Shown here one piece after another: positions 45,235-56,498 of a stretch of DNA of 64,000 nt. Made by a program: the position numbers and the translations under genes. This DNA is from Synechococcus sp. GTDB taxonomy: Bacteria > Cyanobacteriota > Cyanobacteriia > PCC-6307 > Cyanobiaceae. Below the pieces are notes generated by a model that worked only from the letters and a program-made list of their open reading frames with translations, had not been told where the DNA came from and did no database searches. The stretch lies in the NCBI GenBank assembly GCA_047285535.1, contig JBJBDC010000001.1, positions 1,472,136-1,536,135 of the forward strand. The letters are read 5' to 3'. Each line of letters opens with the position of its first letter. Position 1 is the first letter of the stretch.

Positions 45235-46269
45235 ATGCAATCTTATGGGAAACCATCAGTCAATTATGACTGGTGGGCAGGCAATTCAGGAGTAGCCAAA
45301 CGATCAGGTTCTTTCATTGCTGCTCATACAGCACATGCAGGCCTAATTATGTTTTGGGCAGGAGCATTTACGCTCTTTGAGCTAGCTCGCTATGACGCGT
45401 TGCTGCCAATGGGGGAACAAGGATTAATCCTTCTGCCTCATCTGGCGTCGTTGGGCTTTGGCCTGGGTACAGACGCAACCATAGTGAACACGGAACCTTA
45501 TATCACGATCGCTGCATTTCATTTGGTCTCCTCCGCTGTATTGGGGGCTGCTGGTATTTGGCATGTCCTTAGAGCGCCTAAGGATCTATCAAAAGCGGAA
45601 GGAAGGGCCGAGAAATTTCATTTTAATTGGGATGACCCCAAGAAACTCACCTTTATTCTTGGCCACCATCTCATCTTTCTTGGGCTAGGAGCCATTGCTT
45701 TTGTGGAATGGGCACAACATCACGGAATCTATGACACTGCCATTGGCGCAGTTCGCAAAGTTGAACCCAACATTGATCTGGGCATGGTATGGAGCTATCA
45801 GACCAATTTTCTTTCCATTAGCAGCTTAGAAGATGTAATGGGAGGACATGCTGTATTAGCTTTCATACTGACAATTGGTGGAGTATGGCACATTATTACA
45901 AGCCCATTTGGACCCTTCAAAAAAATACTCATCTACTCTGGAGAAGCAATCCTTTCCTATTCTCTTGCAGGAATTGCACTCATGGGGTTTGTCACAAGCA
46001 TCTGGTGTGCACAAAACACAACGATTTATCCGGTTGAGTTCTACGGCGAAGCTCTAAAACTAAATTTTGCATTCTCACCCTATTTTAGTGACACAGTATC
46101 CGTCTTAAACGATGGACATACGGCACGAGCTTGGCTTGCCAATACGCACTTTTACTTGGCCTTTTTCTTCCTGCAAGGCCACTTCTGGCACGCATTGAGG
46201 AGTATGGGATTTGATTTCAGGAGCGTCTCTAAAGCAATCGATTCAATGGATACAATGCAGGTAAATTAA
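45235..46269 (+). CDS. isiA: IsiA/Pcb-family chlorophyll-binding antenna protein (CP43-like)
   Basis: YDWWAGN, AHAGLIMFWAGAFTLFE, QGLILLPHLA, GHHLIFLG, LEDVMGGH and QGHFWHALR motifs; lacks the large lumenal loop of CP43. Confidence 0.9.
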   Translation: MQSYGKPSVNYDWWAGNSGVAKRSGSFIAAHTAHAGLIMFWAGAFTLFELARYDALLPMGEQGLILLPHLASLGFGLGTDATIVNTEPYITIAAFHLVSSAVLGAAGIWHVLRAPKDLSKAEGRAEKFHFNWDDPKKLTFILGHHLIFLGLGAIAFVEWAQHHGIYDTAIGAVRKVEPNIDLGMVWSYQTNFLSISSLEDVMGGHAVLAFILTIGGVWHIITSPFGPFKKILIYSGEAILSYSLAGIALMGFVTSIWCAQNTTIYPVEFYGEALKLNFAFSPYFSDTVSVLNDGHTARAWLANTHFYLAFFFLQGHFWHALRSMGFDFRSVSKAIDSMDTMQVN

Positions 46270-46292
46270 CGACTCATCATTTGAATGGGACT

Positions 46293-46332
46293 AAGTGGCC
46301 TCTTTGATTTTTCATAGGGGCCACTTCTTTTT
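46293..46332 (+). terminator. Terminator after isiA
   Basis: AAGTGGCCTCT...AGGGGCCACTT followed by CTTTTT. Confidence 0.7.
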
Positions 46333-46538
46333 GGACGCCTTTACAAGCCACTTCACTGACAACCATCCAATCATTCAAGCAAACGGGGATATCTGATTCT
46401 CATCAAAAACATTGGCAAACGTGCAATACCAATTACTAAATAGCCCTTTATTCGCAAAATCTAGATTTAAAAATCAAGGAAGTGGACGATGAAGGTTACG
46501 ACACAGATCACAACCCAAGTAAGCACGAATCCAGATCT

Positions 46539-46976
46539 CTACTGAGGCTTGATGTACAGCCAGTTCCCTTTTAGCTCTCCATCCTTCCGTTGAAACAGCG
46601 ACGTTTCAGTCATCACATGGCGTTGACCACCTGCTTCAAACGTTGCTTCAAAAGTCACAGTGCCTTCGAAATCATCCACACCACCAGCCTCCACCGCCTT
46701 GATCTTCAATCCAAACCAACGGACCTCGCGACAATTGTTGCGCAACTCTTTTCGGCGTTGTGCCAAAGGAGTCTGTAAATCGAGATGAGTGGCGAGTAAA
46801 TAATTAACCTCAGCAAGAGCAAAAGCCGAATAACGCGAGCGCATCAATTGCTCAGCCGTGACCGCCCTTTGCTCCCCGCGATGCAAAGGCTCGCAACAGA
46901 TTTCATAGCTTGCTCCACTCATACAAGGGCAAGGCTTTGTACTTTTTGATGATCCAAAACCAGCCGTTCTTGGCAT
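46539..46976 (-). CDS. YchJ family (SEC-C motif) protein
   Basis: CPCMSG..YEICC, AEQLMRSRYSAF and GTVTFEA...ETSLF...WLY motifs. Confidence 0.9.
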   Translation of the reverse strand: MPRTAGFGSSKSTKPCPCMSGASYEICCEPLHRGEQRAVTAEQLMRSRYSAFALAEVNYLLATHLDLQTPLAQRRKELRNNCREVRWFGLKIKAVEAGGVDDFEGTVTFEATFEAGGQRHVMTETSLFQRKDGELKGNWLYIKPQ

Positions 46977-48046
46977 CAGTTCAGCTCCTTCAAGGCGGGC
47001 AAAGGTCGCATCAATGAAGCTGAGGCCAGACCTTCACGTAAAGCCAGAAGCCATCCAGCGGCTTCTGTATAGGACCGAGCTTGCAATACCTCACTTTCCA
47101 CACCAAGAGACTGTGACGTGACCTGCAACAGCGATGGATTGACCACACTGATCACAGGAAGTCTGCGCTCAAGCGACGCCAACACCGCTTCTCCCCCAAG
47201 AGCTCCTTCCGGTACAACCAACGCGCCCACATCTTCAGCCACAAGATCCCGATGGCTTGCAGATGAGCGACGCACCAAATCAGGAGCCTGGCTTAATCCC
47301 ACCAACACACAAGTTAAAAAGGTGTGACCAAGTTCTTCCCCTGCAGCCCGCGCATCCAATTGCGGATCCAGCTGCAGCGCCGATAAGGCGGGTGCATGGG
47401 CGCAGGGAATCTGCAAATGACGCACCATTAGATGGCTGATCACGGCTTCGGCGCCCGCCAAGGCATCCACACCGCTGCCATGGCGATAGGCATCCAAAGC
47501 CTCAGTTCCCTGATCGTCCGGGAAGCGGGCAACCACCGCAATCGCAGTTGAACCGTTGGATTTCAATTGTTCACCCGCCCGCAATAAAGCATCGGGGCGT
47601 TCAAGAGTGCCCCAACTCGCACCGCTCTGTCCCAATTGCAGATGCACCCCTAACGGCACATCGCTCGTCACAACAGGGCCAATCTCAATACCGAGCGTTG
47701 CCCTGCAACCATCGGCCACCTGCAGGTGGCGTTGCCGCAGCTCAGGCTCCAAGCCCGCATCCAACAGCAAACCAATTCGTTGTTGACGCACAGGTCTCAG
47801 CGCCCAGTCACCAGCCGCAAAACGATCCAACCCGTAGCCCTCGACGTAGTGAATTCGAGGGTCTTTCCAATACAACGAGGCGCCATTCATCACGTTGGGA
47901 TGGGTGATCAAACACCCTGAGGCTGCAGCCAAAAGCCTTGCACTTGGAAGCGCGTCTCCGGCATACCCGCCCACCGCACATCCAATCCCCGTTGGAACCA
48001 CCATCAACGTGGGTAGCGGAGATCTCAAAGACAAGCCCTCGTTCAC
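46976..48046 (-). CDS. DUF3326 domain protein
   Basis: VPTGIGCAVGGYAGDALP, THPNVMNGA and GVDALAGAEAVISH motifs. Confidence 0.9.
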   Translation of the reverse strand: MNEGLSLRSPLPTLMVVPTGIGCAVGGYAGDALPSARLLAAASGCLITHPNVMNGASLYWKDPRIHYVEGYGLDRFAAGDWALRPVRQQRIGLLLDAGLEPELRQRHLQVADGCRATLGIEIGPVVTSDVPLGVHLQLGQSGASWGTLERPDALLRAGEQLKSNGSTAIAVVARFPDDQGTEALDAYRHGSGVDALAGAEAVISHLMVRHLQIPCAHAPALSALQLDPQLDARAAGEELGHTFLTCVLVGLSQAPDLVRRSSASHRDLVAEDVGALVVPEGALGGEAVLASLERRLPVISVVNPSLLQVTSQSLGVESEVLQARSYTEAAGWLLALREGLASASLMRPLPALKELN

Positions 48047-48231
48047 TCGATCAACACCGCTTCGATCTGCAAGTCAGCCTGTTGTTCATGAGCCGAATGA
48101 TCCACCAACGTGATGGCCCACCGAAGCGGTTCACCATGAACCCGCAATTGATCTTTCACCCAACCACTCAGCTGTGATGCTTGTACATCCTTGGGCCAAG
48201 ACACAGTCAACGTTCTCGACGTCAACTTCAT
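48043..48231 (-). CDS. Conserved hypothetical protein
   Basis: HGEPLRWAIT...IEAV; overlaps both neighbours by 4 nt. Confidence 0.75.
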   Translation of the reverse strand: MKLTSRTLTVSWPKDVQASQLSGWVKDQLRVHGEPLRWAITLVDHSAHEQQADLQIEAVLIE

Positions 48232-48569
48232 TTCTGGTACTGACCAAACTGAGCTTCATAGAGTGCATCTTCCTGACCGGCTAGAAGCCGAAGATCCGAG
48301 CAAGGGAAAGCAACGCAAAGCAAGGTGAATCCATCAGCACGCAGGTCTTCTTTCACACCCATCGCATCAGGTTGATCAACAGAACCACTTGTGAGCTTGG
48401 CTGCACAGGTTGTACAAACCCCTGAACAACAAGAACTCGGGAGCATCACCCCAGCTTCTTCAGCAGCAGCCAGCACGGTTTGGTCTGAGCGGCAGGAAAA
48501 ACTGTGCGTCGACCCCTCGAACTCGATGCTGACGTTGTAAGTAGCGGCAGCAGTGGCGTTGTCGCTCAT
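48228..48569 (-). CDS. 2Fe-2S ferredoxin (minor isoform)
   Basis: SCCSGVCTTCAA...LLCVAFP...LYEAQFG. Confidence 0.92.
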   Translation of the reverse strand: MSDNATAAATYNVSIEFEGSTHSFSCRSDQTVLAAAEEAGVMLPSSCCSGVCTTCAAKLTSGSVDQPDAMGVKEDLRADGFTLLCVAFPCSDLRLLAGQEDALYEAQFGQYQK

Positions 48570-48600
48570 CCTGATCGGTCAGTCTTTGATGGTTATTCTC

Positions 48601-49308
48601 TCAGGACGGCAGCCCTGAGCAAGAGCTCCAATGAGAGGGATGGGGCGCAAGGTATTCCGGCGGATGACCCTGCTGAGGAGCGCTCAGCACAAAGTCAAAA
48701 CTGATCGAGCAGCGGAGCGATTCAGGATCGCCATTCGCCAACACGCTGTGATCAAGCCTGGCAGGGAAGAGAACCAACAGGCCAACCTCGGGAGCCAAGT
48801 CCCAGCGATCTGTGTTGAGAGGGTGTTCATTGGCAATGGGCCCACCATGGCCAGCGAAAAGCCCTGGCACCAGTTCATTGCTTTGCAATGGGGCATGAAC
48901 ACGAAGCACGCCCTCCTCACCTGAGCCACGCCCTGTGAGATACAAAACCGCACTGAGATGGGCATTGGGATGATGATGGCGGCCAACCATCTGATCCCAG
49001 TCACTCAACACAGGCCAGCAGCGCTGCAAATGCAAAGCCACTCGACTGCGATCAAACCCAACCGCCGCTAAATAACAGCTGGCATGATCAACAACACGCT
49101 GAACTAAGGGTGCAAACTCAGGTTGGTGATGCAACTGCCAAACACCGTTGATATCACCAGTCCAAGCGCATCCCTCACTGGGGTTGCCCACAGCCTCACC
49201 CCTAAGAGCCAGCAGCGTCTGCAAATGCGCAGCAAGGTCAATCGGATCGATTGCCAGCTTGGTTGTCGCCACAACCGTTGGGAAAAGCTGGTGGAGAGTC
49301 AAAGTCAT
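48601..49308 (-). CDS. Putative 2OG-Fe(II) oxygenase (TIGR02466-like)
   Basis: LFPT N-terminus, HHHPNAHLSAVLY, LFPARLDHSV and RCSISF motifs. Confidence 0.82.
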   Translation of the reverse strand: MTLTLHQLFPTVVATTKLAIDPIDLAAHLQTLLALRGEAVGNPSEGCAWTGDINGVWQLHHQPEFAPLVQRVVDHASCYLAAVGFDRSRVALHLQRCWPVLSDWDQMVGRHHHPNAHLSAVLYLTGRGSGEEGVLRVHAPLQSNELVPGLFAGHGGPIANEHPLNTDRWDLAPEVGLLVLFPARLDHSVLANGDPESLRCSISFDFVLSAPQQGHPPEYLAPHPSHWSSCSGLPS

Positions 49309-49317
49309 CTCTCCATT

Positions 49318-49341
49318 AAAAAAGCCGGCCCTTAGGCCGGC
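49318..49341 (-). terminator. Terminator of the main atp operon
   Basis: GCCGGCC-TAAG-GGCCGGC followed by TTTTTT on the minus strand. Confidence 0.8.
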
Positions 49342-49362
49342 AAAAGAATGGTGTTCAGAAAT

Positions 49363-50316
49363 CTAGGCTCCTGCAGCAGCTGAGCCACCAACCACTTCAA
49401 GGATTTCCTGAGTAATGGCTGCCTGACGCGCCTTGTTGTAATCAAGGGTGAGCGTCTTAGCCAACTCCTTGGCATTGTCACTTGCATTGTTCATTGCGGT
49501 CATTCGACTTGCAAGCTCGGATGCTGCCGATTCCTGCAGCGAACGCAAGAGTTGATTTTGTAGATACAAAGGCAACAACGCATTCAACAACTGATCAGGA
49601 CTTTGCTCAAACACGATGTCTGAAGGCAATTTGGGCTGCGCATTAGCCGGAGCGTTCTCTGATTCAACCGTAAGACGACCTTCCTTGGTCGTGAGACGGA
49701 AAATCTCATCTTCTGCTTCAGCAATACCCTGAGGATCCAGAGGTAATAGCGTCTGAACTACTGGTTTGCAGCTGACCAAATTAATGAATTTGGTGTAGAT
49801 GATCTCAACACGATCAGATGTTTCTGAAAGAAATTCAGCAAAGATCTCGCTAGCAATGGAACCAGCTTCATCAGCCGTAGGGACCTGTTCCAAGCCTGTG
49901 AAAGTGGCCTGAATTGGATAACTACGATTAGTGAAATAGCCAATGGCTTTGCGTCCAATCAAAACAAGCGCCACCTTGTAACCCTGGCCTTGAAGCTCAG
50001 CGAAACGTTTCTCTGTGCGTTTGATGATGTTGGAGTTGTAACCACCGCAAAGACCGCGATCGCCAGTCACTGCCATCAAGGTGATCGTTTTGACAGGACG
50101 ATTCTCTAACAAAGGAGCATCTGCATCTTCAAAACGCATGCGCGACTGCAGATTCTCCAAGAGGCGAGCGAGTCGATCCGCGAACGGGCGACTACGCAAA
50201 ACCTGTTCCTGGGCACGACGAACCTTGGCCGCAGCCACGAGGCGCATGGCCTCCGTGATCTTGCGCGTATTTTTGACCGATTTAATCCGGTCCCGGATCT
50301 CTTTGAGATTTGCCAT
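49363..50316 (-). CDS. atpG: ATP synthase F1 gamma subunit (cyanobacterial atpC)
   Basis: [19 protein letters not shown] and [11 protein letters not shown] motifs. Confidence 0.97.
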   Translation of the reverse strand: MANLKEIRDRIKSVKNTRKITEAMRLVAAAKVRRAQEQVLRSRPFADRLARLLENLQSRMRFEDADAPLLENRPVKTITLMAVTGDRGLCGGYNSNIIKRTEKRFAELQGQGYKVALVLIGRKAIGYFTNRSYPIQATFTGLEQVPTADEAGSIASEIFAEFLSETSDRVEIIYTKFINLVSCKPVVQTLLPLDPQGIAEAEDEIFRLTTKEGRLTVESENAPANAQPKLPSDIVFEQSPDQLLNALLPLYLQNQLLRSLQESAASELASRMTAMNNASDNAKELAKTLTLDYNKARQAAITQEILEVVGGSAAAGA

Positions 50317-50327
50317 GGCTTAAGCCC

Positions 50328-51902
<1,575 letters not shown>

Positions 51903-51907
51903 TTAGC

Positions 51908-52456
51908 TCAGCTCACCTTGGCGAGTGCAAGACCAAGGCGTCGAACCTGACCGGAGAGGCTGGCATCGATCACCTGAGAGCCAAGGTTGACGACGAAGCC
52001 ACCAATGAGCGATGAATCGATCTTGAGATCAATTTCAACAGCATTGGTACCAGCCATTGACTGGACTTTGGTCGTCAGTGCTGCTTGCTGTTCTTCTGAT
52101 AGAGGTTGAGCAGAACGAACGTGTGCCAAAGCGATATTCCGAGACTCTCGGTAAAGCTCGAGATAGCGCAAAAGCACTGCTTCAAGGGCCGGAAGGCGCT
52201 GACGATCAGCCAGAACCTTGAGCAAATTCATCAAAGAAGGGGCCACTTGCTCAGAGAGAAGGCTGGTTAAGGCTTTCTTTTTTGCCTCTGGCTCGAGCAC
52301 TGGAGATGTCATCGCATCGCGAAGAGTCTGAGAACCATCCCAAGCAGCGAGAAGACTCTTGCACTGAGTGGCAACGTCTTCAGACTCATTACGAGCCTCT
52401 GTGACCTGAAGCAGAGCTTCGGCGTAAGGAGTGGCTAGAGAATTTAAAAGAGGCAT
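51908..52456 (-). CDS. atpH: ATP synthase delta subunit (cyanobacterial atpD)
   Basis: YAEALL...LIGGFVV...IDASL; operon position. Confidence 0.95.
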   Translation of the reverse strand: MPLLNSLATPYAEALLQVTEARNESEDVATQCKSLLAAWDGSQTLRDAMTSPVLEPEAKKKALTSLLSEQVAPSLMNLLKVLADRQRLPALEAVLLRYLELYRESRNIALAHVRSAQPLSEEQQAALTTKVQSMAGTNAVEIDLKIDSSLIGGFVVNLGSQVIDASLSGQVRRLGLALAKVS

Positions 52457-52980
52457 CAGACATCCTCCAAGCGGGAGATCGAGGAATCGATAAGCTCAGA
52501 TTGAGCCTTGGTGTCGAGGCGTTTGGGGAGTTCAGTCAATGCTCTATCAATTGCGGAAAGAGCGGCCTCGCGACGAAGCTGTTCAGTGAGGCGAGCACCT
52601 TCCGCATTGAGATCAGCCAACGCGTCCTGCTTAATAGAAGCCATGGCCTGAATCGTCCGTTTCTCTCCGTCAGTACGAATGGCTTCAGCGCGCGCCTTAC
52701 CATCTTCACGAATTTTTTCAGCTTTTTGCTGAGCAGCAGAGAGCTCTTTTTGTGCTTTGGACAAGTCTTTTGTGGCCGTGCTCAAACGCTTTTCAGCATC
52801 TTGAAGATCCTTAAGGATGGTCTCCCGTCTGCGATCAAGCGTGCCTCCCAGAAATCCTTTCAGGAACCAATACAAAACACCGATCACGATGACCAGGTTG
52901 ATCAAATTGGTTTCAAAAAGATTGAGGTTGATTCCGAATCCACCCTCAGCGGCAATCAAAGGAAAGAGAGAAGTCATCAT
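52456..52980 (-). CDS. atpF: ATP synthase subunit b
   Basis: [12 protein letters not shown] helix and coiled coil. Confidence 0.95.
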   Translation of the reverse strand: MMTSLFPLIAAEGGFGINLNLFETNLINLVIVIGVLYWFLKGFLGGTLDRRRETILKDLQDAEKRLSTATKDLSKAQKELSAAQQKAEKIREDGKARAEAIRTDGEKRTIQAMASIKQDALADLNAEGARLTEQLRREAALSAIDRALTELPKRLDTKAQSELIDSSISRLEDV

Positions 52981-53441
52981 GCAGCTAGCAGTCGTTGAAT
53001 GATCTGTGAGCTGAGTTGATCAACCTGAGCCATCAACTTTGATTGGGCAGATTCACGTTGAGACTCAATTTCTTTACGAGCTTGTTCTCGAGTGCGATTG
53101 GCCTCAGTTTCCGCAGCCGCCAATGCTTCGCGGTAGAGAGAATCAACTTCCGTTTCTGCTTCAACAATGGCTGCCTGAGCAGCTTGTCTGGCACCGCGAA
53201 GTTGATCTTGAAGATCTGCCTCGAGTCGCTTCACTTGCTCAAGCTTTTGCTTGGCATCGGCAAGACTCGTATTGATATATCCCTCACGATCTTCCACGAC
53301 CTTGCCAACTGGCCGGAAGAACAGTGAATTAAGCAGAAAGGTTAGGAGAACCACCTGAAGTGCCATTAAGGGCAAGGTGGCATCGAGGTCAAAAAGACCT
53401 CCCTCCGGAACCGCCGCTTCAGCGAACAGAAGCCAGGTCAT
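52977..53441 (-). CDS. atpF2: ATP synthase subunit b' (cyanobacterial atpG)
   Basis: [14 protein letters not shown]; operon position. Confidence 0.95.
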   Translation of the reverse strand: MTWLLFAEAAVPEGGLFDLDATLPLMALQVVLLTFLLNSLFFRPVGKVVEDREGYINTSLADAKQKLEQVKRLEADLQDQLRGARQAAQAAIVEAETEVDSLYREALAAAETEANRTREQARKEIESQRESAQSKLMAQVDQLSSQIIQRLLAA

Positions 53442-53531
53442 GGAAGAGTTGAGCTGGAGAGGAGCGAAAAATTGCGTAGAGAGTCTTTAAGGGAGTGACC
53501 TTACAAAAAGGGGACACTCCCGAACTCTGCA

Positions 53532-53910
<379 letters not shown>

Positions 53911-53947
53911 TTTAGCAGACGAACCTTTAGGAAAGGCCGTTGATTGC

Positions 53948-54673
53948 CTAGTGCGATTCGTGGAGGCCTTCGCCGATGTAGAAGGCCGCAAGAGTCGCAA
54001 AAATAAGAGCCTGAATAGCACTGGTGAAGAGGCCGAGCAACATCACCGGAAGGGGAACAATGAGGGGCACCAGATAAACCAGCACACCAACAGCTAATTC
54101 ATCCGCAAGAATATTCCCGAAAAGACGGAAAGAAAGGGAGAGAGGTTTTGTGAATTCCTCAATGATCTTGAACGGGAGCATGATTGGGGTTGGCTCCACG
54201 TAAAGCTCGAAGAATCTCAAACCCTTCTTGCTCAGACCTGCGTAGAAGTAGGCCAGCGACACAAGCAGAGCCATCGCCACAGTGGTGTTGATGTCTGCAG
54301 TTGGGGCACCGAGTTCTCCTTCGGGGAGTTCGATCAGCTTCCAAGGGATCAGTGCGCCACCCCAGTTACTGACAAAGATGAACAGGAACAGGGTGCCGAT
54401 GAAGGGAAGCCATTCGCGGTAATACTTCTCTCCAATCTGATCACGGGCGAGATCACGCAGGTAATCCCACATGAACTCAAGAAGGTTCTGCACACCTTTT
54501 GGATCGCGATCAAGCTTTTGAGTACCAACAAGCACAAGAGCTAGGAGGGCACCGATCAAAATCCAGGAGCTGAGGAAAACCTGGCCGTGCAGATTGAGAT
54601 TACCGATCTGCCAATACAGGTGGTGGCCAACCTCCAGTTCGGCGAACGGCAGTGAGAAAGGCAGCAAAGCCAT
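53948..54673 (-). CDS. atpB: ATP synthase subunit a (cyanobacterial atpI)
   Basis: [22 protein letters not shown] and IQALIF motifs. Confidence 0.97.
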   Translation of the reverse strand: MALLPFSLPFAELEVGHHLYWQIGNLNLHGQVFLSSWILIGALLALVLVGTQKLDRDPKGVQNLLEFMWDYLRDLARDQIGEKYYREWLPFIGTLFLFIFVSNWGGALIPWKLIELPEGELGAPTADINTTVAMALLVSLAYFYAGLSKKGLRFFELYVEPTPIMLPFKIIEEFTKPLSLSFRLFGNILADELAVGVLVYLVPLIVPLPVMLLGLFTSAIQALIFATLAAFYIGEGLHESH

Positions 54674-54698
54674 GAATGCAGAAGAGGGATGCGCGGAA

Positions 54699-55133
54699 TC
54701 AGCCGTCGAGAACGGTCTGAAGAATCAAGGCGGGCTTGTAGATGAGAAAACCCACAAATGCAGGCAAAAGATCGAGTTGGGGGAATCGAGCTGCCGAAAC
54801 GATGAGAACGATCGGGACAACGAGCTGAAAACGACCAACTTGACGGGAAGTTCCACCGAGCCGGGCCACGCTGCGGGCGAGTAATCGCAAGTAAAGAAGA
54901 CCAGCGACTGCTCCAACCAGCAGGCTTCTAGCCACAAAGAGGTCGAAGTAAAACGATGCGAACAAAACCGCAACGAGAGAAATGACCACCGTGGCCAGCA
55001 TCAGTCGAAATTGAAGCCGAGCAAAATGCTCCATTCCATTTCCAGCCGGGGATGACCCCTCGGCTGAATCTGTGGAGGGCAAGGCTTGCAATGAGCGCCT
55101 GAGAAAGCGGGCGGAATCTATCACGCGAATCAA
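54699..55133 (-). CDS. atpI: ATP synthase protein I (Atp1)
   Basis: First gene of the atp operon; [10 protein letters not shown]...GFLIYK. True start probably downstream of the ORF start. Confidence 0.88.
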   Translation of the reverse strand: MIRVIDSARFLRRSLQALPSTDSAEGSSPAGNGMEHFARLQFRLMLATVVISLVAVLFASFYFDLFVARSLLVGAVAGLLYLRLLARSVARLGGTSRQVGRFQLVVPIVLIVSAARFPQLDLLPAFVGFLIYKPALILQTVLDG

Positions 55134-55138
55134 CTTTC

Positions 55139-56341
55139 TTAGCCACCTGTCCCTTCAAGAAGGAGCAACCTCCTCTGGAACAGATCCCTTGCAATCGAGG
55201 CAGTGTTCACGCCGGACTGAAGGTTTCCAAGCTTGACCCCAGGGTTGTTCTCAACAACGCTCAATAGCTCAAAAGCCTCATCGGAGAGTGATTGAGGCTC
55301 AAAATCTGGGCCCAACAAACTGGTGGAAGGCCAACCCCACAAACAGGGCTGGCAACGAGCACTTGCTCCCAGCAAGATCGAGTCGTCATCCCATGAGATA
55401 GGGAGGATGGGTTGGGCACTCAAAAAAAACTCAAAGTGACTGATCTCAGGATCAATTTGCTCCACGAGTGTCCATTGATCCAACGGCTTGAGTGATTGAG
55501 CGCGAGAAAGCAATTCACCCTTCAGCAATCGGGCCGGGTTCCATACGGAAGGATTCGAGAAGCCAGCAAAATGAAGTCCCGATGACTGGATCAACCTCAT
55601 TAAGGCCTTAAGGTCATAACTGCTCTCCTGAGGATGCAAATACATATCGGCAAAATTGGCATCGGCTTGGGTATCAAGTGCCCAACGCTGCTCGTGGTTA
55701 CGACGTAAACGATTCGTCTCAGGCAAAGCCGATAAAAGCTCACGCCCCAACCTGAGGCCATCCCCACCTGTTCCCGCTCCGAGCAGCGCAAGAGCTTGCT
55801 GGGTGCGATGAATCTCCCAACGGCCAGCATCGGCGTAAAGAAAGAGGTGAAGAAGTCCTTTAGGGGCTAAGAGCTTGCCAAGAGCTTTCAATCCAGCCAG
55901 AGGGTCACTCAAATGATGCAAAACCCCTACTGAGTTGATGTAATCGAAACAAGTTTCATCATGAAGATCCAGCAAGCTTTTTTGTTCCTGACGGAGGGAT
56001 CGAACCCGATCTGCTCCTCCAGAACGACGAAGACGCTCACGCGCAACGTCTAAAGCGCCCGCACTGATGTCGACAGCCAACACTTCCGAGCCTGGATTGA
56101 GATGGCAGAGATAGTCCGTGCTGACACCTGTGCCACAACCTGCATCAAGAATGCGAACAGGGGTCTTATTGGAATCATGTGCTTGGAGCTGTCCCCTTAC
56201 AAATGAGAGCACGCTGTCATGGCACCACCGCCAGTTGTACCCGGGCGGAGGACCGTCTTGACAAGGATCTCCTGGATAAGGAAAGCGGTCATAAAAGTCG
56301 CTCACGACTGGGGTAGCCAAATCCGAGGGTTGGGAATTCAT
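55139..56341 (-). CDS. Class I SAM-dependent methyltransferase
   Basis: YDRFPYP, ILDAGCGTG, GVLHHL and DMYLHPQE motifs. Confidence 0.9.
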   Translation of the reverse strand: MNSQPSDLATPVVSDFYDRFPYPGDPCQDGPPPGYNWRWCHDSVLSFVRGQLQAHDSNKTPVRILDAGCGTGVSTDYLCHLNPGSEVLAVDISAGALDVARERLRRSGGADRVRSLRQEQKSLLDLHDETCFDYINSVGVLHHLSDPLAGLKALGKLLAPKGLLHLFLYADAGRWEIHRTQQALALLGAGTGGDGLRLGRELLSALPETNRLRRNHEQRWALDTQADANFADMYLHPQESSYDLKALMRLIQSSGLHFAGFSNPSVWNPARLLKGELLSRAQSLKPLDQWTLVEQIDPEISHFEFFLSAQPILPISWDDDSILLGASARCQPCLWGWPSTSLLGPDFEPQSLSDEAFELLSVVENNPGVKLGNLQSGVNTASIARDLFQRRLLLLEGTGG

Positions 56342-56498
56342 AAGGCCACCAATTCTGGGAGTAGACGCTCAAGGGAGCATTTCATGGAAGACCCCCATAG
56401 AGCTTCAAACCTCATCAGAGCTGCAAACATTTGTTCATGGCTACCCAGAAGCCTGAATAATGAGCCCTAATCTGATGCGATCCGGCTTGCTCTCGTCC

